This document shows positions 60,907 to 64,000 of a stretch of 64,000 nt of DNA, one piece after another; position 1 is the first letter of the stretch, and each line of letters starts with the position of its first letter. A model generated the notes under the pieces. The model did no database searches. It was not told where the DNA came from and saw nothing but the letters and a program-made list of their open reading frames with translations. The position numbers were made by a program, and so were the translations under genes. The stretch is taken from NCBI GenBank assembly GCA_963663965.2, contig CAXXFK010000023.1:32001-96000 (forward strand), read 5' to 3'. This DNA is from Sedimentisphaerales bacterium (lineage in GTDB: Bacteria; Planctomycetota; Phycisphaerae; Sedimentisphaerales; SM23-30).

Positions 60907-61393
60907 TTAAATACCATATTTTTCGTATAACTTACCTGTAATAGCTAAGGCCATTGCCTCAGGAAAAAACAACATCAAAAATTATATTCCTAATAACTCT
61001 ATTGTTATTTCATATTTTAAACCTTAAGTTTCAGTGCAACCAGAATACCCTTTCAAGAATAGCCCGCGTTGTGTATCACATAATTCTGACACGTTTTCGG
61101 TACTGAAACCATTCAACTCTGGACTTTGGCGATGATTATCCGGTCATCGCCAATAATTTAAGAACACACATTTGAGTTTATTTCTCATTAAGCGTTCGTA
61201 ATTTATTATAAAAATAGACGTTATAAGCATATTTCATGTAATTGGGTTCGTTTGGATTGGACCTGGTTCTGAGCTATATTGTCGGCATCCAGGACAAGAT
61301 TAACAACGACTAATGTTAATTTGGATAAGATTGGGTTCGTTTGGATACGGGCATGGGGGAAATGCAAATGCATACAGATACACGAATCCCAAT

Positions 61394-61427
61394 AAAAAAC
61401 CCTGTTGATTGGACTCAACAGGGTTTT
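61394..61427. terminator. Rho-independent terminator downstream of the FAD oxidoreductase
   Basis: AAAACCCTGTTGA-TTGGAC-TCAACAGGGTTTT. Confidence 0.75.
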
Positions 61428-61459
61428 GTTATTAAAAGAATTAAATGACTATCAAAAGT

Positions 61460-63688
61460 TCAACTATGGGTTAGGGTCACAAGCCACTGACGAGTCATTT
61501 CATAGAGGTCGTATAGATTGACATAACAATCCGGGCGGCCATTGGGACCGGTCAGATCGGCGGCCAAGCCCAGGCCGGCGGCAATAATATCATCACAGGA
61601 AGTCACCTCTGGTTTTACCGGGGCGACAACAATCGCATCAACGATGACATAACCATCCGTATTTTTATTAGATATGAGCAGGGAGCCGCTGCCTTCCGAA
61701 AAGGAATATCGGCCCAGCAAATTCCATTTTGCGCCATTCGATCGTTGATTAACAGAAAAAACCGCCTGTCCGCCATCATGATTAATAATGATCGGAACAT
61801 TCGATGCGCGATTGTCGTGGGCCGTCCAGCGGACATAAATGTCATACTGGCCCGCCTGATCCATATTAAAGGCAAAAGTGACGGACTTGCTTCCCTTACC
61901 AGCATTTCCATCGTGAAAATAATTTACTCCGGCATAACCCGGCGTACTGCTGCTACTGGTCCAGTCGCCGGTGAAATTAACCTGGGCGGCGTTTTCCGAA
62001 TCGATGATTGTGCCCTCGATATCTTCCACATCCAGATCCCAATAGATCCGCTGGCCGCGCTGCTGGAGAGTGGTTTTTAATTGTTGATAATCAACCGTTT
62101 GCAAATCGGCCTTACCGGTGGTCAGCGCCTGCTTAATGGCTACTGCCGAGGATTGGGCAAGGATCATAAAGACCGGCTCCATGCGGACCGAGCCATAGGC
62201 AATATGTGAAGCGGAAACACAAACCGGCACCGCCAGATTGGAGCATTCGCCCTGGCGCGGCACAATCGCGCGGTAACTCAGACGATAAGGCGCGCTGTTG
62301 CCAATTTGAACATCGCCATCGTTTTTAACATATCCTGAGCGGGTCACAAATCGGAAGCAGTTGTGGGAATCCATACCATAAGAGGCCAGCCCAACCGTAT
62401 CGGCAGCTTTGGTTCGGCCGACAAAATCGTTTTCAGTAATTACATAATCAGAAACCATTCGGCGTGCCTCCCGGACATAAAGCTGGCAGGGCCAGTTATT
62501 GGTTTCGGTAAATTCATCGCCGGCCAATCCCCATATTTTCATTTTCGTTTGGATCGTGGGGGCGATCTGGGCTACGGCCGGATCGTTGCTGACGAACCAC
62601 CAGTATCCCTGCATATAGGTAATGTGGCGCTGGAAGAGTTCTTCGCGAACCTGATAGCTGCCTTCCGGCCAGTCAAAGTTCTGGCCGATAAAGTCGGATG
62701 ACACAGCGCCATGATTGTTGGTGTCGGTCTTGCCGCCCTGGATACGATCGAATTTGTTAAAGAAATTATCGAATTCGGTGCCATAGCCAGCCTTAAGGTA
62801 GCGTTCCAGCAGCACATACCAGCTCCGGTCATAATCGGCTGGCTTGGGGAAAGGTATCCGGTTGGAGGCGACATCGGTCATACAAACCCGAAAATTATAA
62901 GCCTGGATTCGATGGTCGCCCTGACCGTTAACGGGGATCTCTGTTTCGATTCCGGGCAACAATCCGCTGGCTGGATCACCTTCAACGACATAAGGGCTGA
63001 CATCCCGCATAAACTGGTGTTTGTCTCGCACCTGCTGGCCATTGCCGGTTTCATTATAAGCGGCATTGCTTTCACGGCCGGTCGTATACGTTACCCCGGC
63101 AGCCGCCATTAAATCTCCTTCGTAAGTGGCGTCGATAAAATAATCCGCCTGGATCGTCAGGCCATTTTCCGTACGAATTCGAACGATCCGGTTATTCGAC
63201 ATAACGATACCGCCCGGACTGCGGTCCAAATAGGCTTTGAAATAGACGGCTACGCCGGCCTCCTGCACCATATCCTGAAAGACTGCCAATGCCACCGAGG
63301 GCTCGAAGGCCCAATTTTCGCTCTGGCCATATTTGGCCCCTACCCGCTGATAGAACTCCCGCGAGATGCCCTGGACCGCGTCTTTTCTGCCAAAATCCGT
63401 CCAGCCCAAACCGCCCGCACTCAGGCCGCCCAGCCGGATACCGGGATGGATAATTACGGAATCGACGCCCAACCGACTGAGTTCCAATGCGGCCACAACA
63501 CCGGCTGAAGTGCCGCCATAAATACAGACCCCGGTGGAAATCGTCTTATTTAGATTTTCCGTTGGCGGGAAATAGTAATGAAGTAAATTCTCGGCGCGGG
63601 TAACCGTCTGCATCCCGGTTACCAACAAACAAACGCTAAAAATCAAAAAATGAAGTTTGTTAATCGTAAGGGTCCTGCGCATATTCAA
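61460..63688 (-). CDS. Secreted FAD-dependent oxidoreductase with xanthan-lyase/golvesin-like CBM and dockerin-like tail
   Basis: IYGGTSAG, FIDATYEGDLMA, QAYNFRVC, YVREARRM, SASHIAYGSVRMEPVFM, NRASNVP...NQR and DLTGPNGRPDCYVNLYD. Confidence 0.88.
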   Translation of the reverse strand: MNMRRTLTINKLHFLIFSVCLLVTGMQTVTRAENLLHYYFPPTENLNKTISTGVCIYGGTSAGVVAALELSRLGVDSVIIHPGIRLGGLSAGGLGWTDFGRKDAVQGISREFYQRVGAKYGQSENWAFEPSVALAVFQDMVQEAGVAVYFKAYLDRSPGGIVMSNNRIVRIRTENGLTIQADYFIDATYEGDLMAAAGVTYTTGRESNAAYNETGNGQQVRDKHQFMRDVSPYVVEGDPASGLLPGIETEIPVNGQGDHRIQAYNFRVCMTDVASNRIPFPKPADYDRSWYVLLERYLKAGYGTEFDNFFNKFDRIQGGKTDTNNHGAVSSDFIGQNFDWPEGSYQVREELFQRHITYMQGYWWFVSNDPAVAQIAPTIQTKMKIWGLAGDEFTETNNWPCQLYVREARRMVSDYVITENDFVGRTKAADTVGLASYGMDSHNCFRFVTRSGYVKNDGDVQIGNSAPYRLSYRAIVPRQGECSNLAVPVCVSASHIAYGSVRMEPVFMILAQSSAVAIKQALTTGKADLQTVDYQQLKTTLQQRGQRIYWDLDVEDIEGTIIDSENAAQVNFTGDWTSSSSTPGYAGVNYFHDGNAGKGSKSVTFAFNMDQAGQYDIYVRWTAHDNRASNVPIIINHDGGQAVFSVNQRSNGAKWNLLGRYSFSEGSGSLLISNKNTDGYVIVDAIVVAPVKPEVTSCDDIIAAGLGLAADLTGPNGRPDCYVNLYDLYEMTRQWLVTLTHS

Positions 63689-63720
63689 TCCTCATTACTA
63701 GATCGGGTTCGGAAAAAGAT

Positions 63721-63755
63721 TCAAACCGGCCCCTGAGATATCGGGGCCGGTTTGA
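63721..63755. terminator. Strong intergenic hairpin (terminator or stabiliser)
   Basis: TCAAACCGGCCCC..GGGGCCGGTTTGA. Confidence 0.6.
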
Positions 63756-63782
63756 GCATATAATTTATAACATTTTATACTA

Positions 63783-64000
63783 TTACGGAAGCTGTATGCA
63801 AGCTTCGCCTTCGGGATCATTGCATAGCAGCCATTGGGTGGCCATAACCGCCAGATCGTACAGGTTAACCGCACAGTCCGGCATGCCTTCGGGGCCGGTC
63901 AGATCAGCACTCAAAGTGGGATTAAGATAGCGGCCGGTTACGTCATTGAACACAAGCAGGTCTTCACAGACCGCTTCGTTCAGGGCAATAACGACTTCGT
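63783..64000 (-). CDS. 3' end of a protein with dockerin-like tail (partial)
   Basis: Manual translation gives ...LSADLTGPEGMPDCAVNLYDLAVMATQWLLCNDPEGEACIQLP-stop. Confidence 0.8.
   Translation of the reverse strand, partial: EVVIALNEAVCEDLLVFNDVTGRYLNPTLSADLTGPEGMPDCAVNLYDLAVMATQWLLCNDPEGEACIQLP

Noticed and set aside
1..64000. tRNA or rRNA genes, prophage, integron integrase
   Set aside because: None recognised by eye. A tRNAscan/Infernal run would be needed to exclude small RNA genes.

Overview
This 64-kb chromosomal window most likely comes from a planctomycete (Phycisphaerae-like). The evidence is HEAT-repeat and Tat oxidoreductase genes, HZS-alpha-like cytochrome proteins, a DUF1559-type prepilin gene, ECF sigma/FecR pairs, a sulfatase, and many secreted proteins ending in a dockerin-like motif. 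Housekeeping genes include hflK/hflC, avtA, trpB/trpA, cstA and a MATE transporter. The accessory core lies at about 28.8-37.3 kb and has four parts. (1) Two cassette-like genes sit beside decayed attC-like sites. (2) A complete IS110-family (IS1111-type) element shows its ends, a circle-junction promoter and putative bridge-RNA guide segments, all readable from the sequence. (3) An overlapping two-gene operon encodes an HD-family dGTPase (one frameshift) and a small CCA/poly(A)-polymerase-like nucleotidyltransferase. This is the best candidate for a nucleotide-signalling anti-phage system. (4) A perfect sigma70 promoter precedes a ~1.2-kb structured, apparently non-coding leader containing ~288-bp tandem repeats, followed by an uncharacterised 'STGP' protein gene. 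Two conserved non-coding motif families are dispersed across the window. All calls come from reading the sequence by eye; no searches were run.
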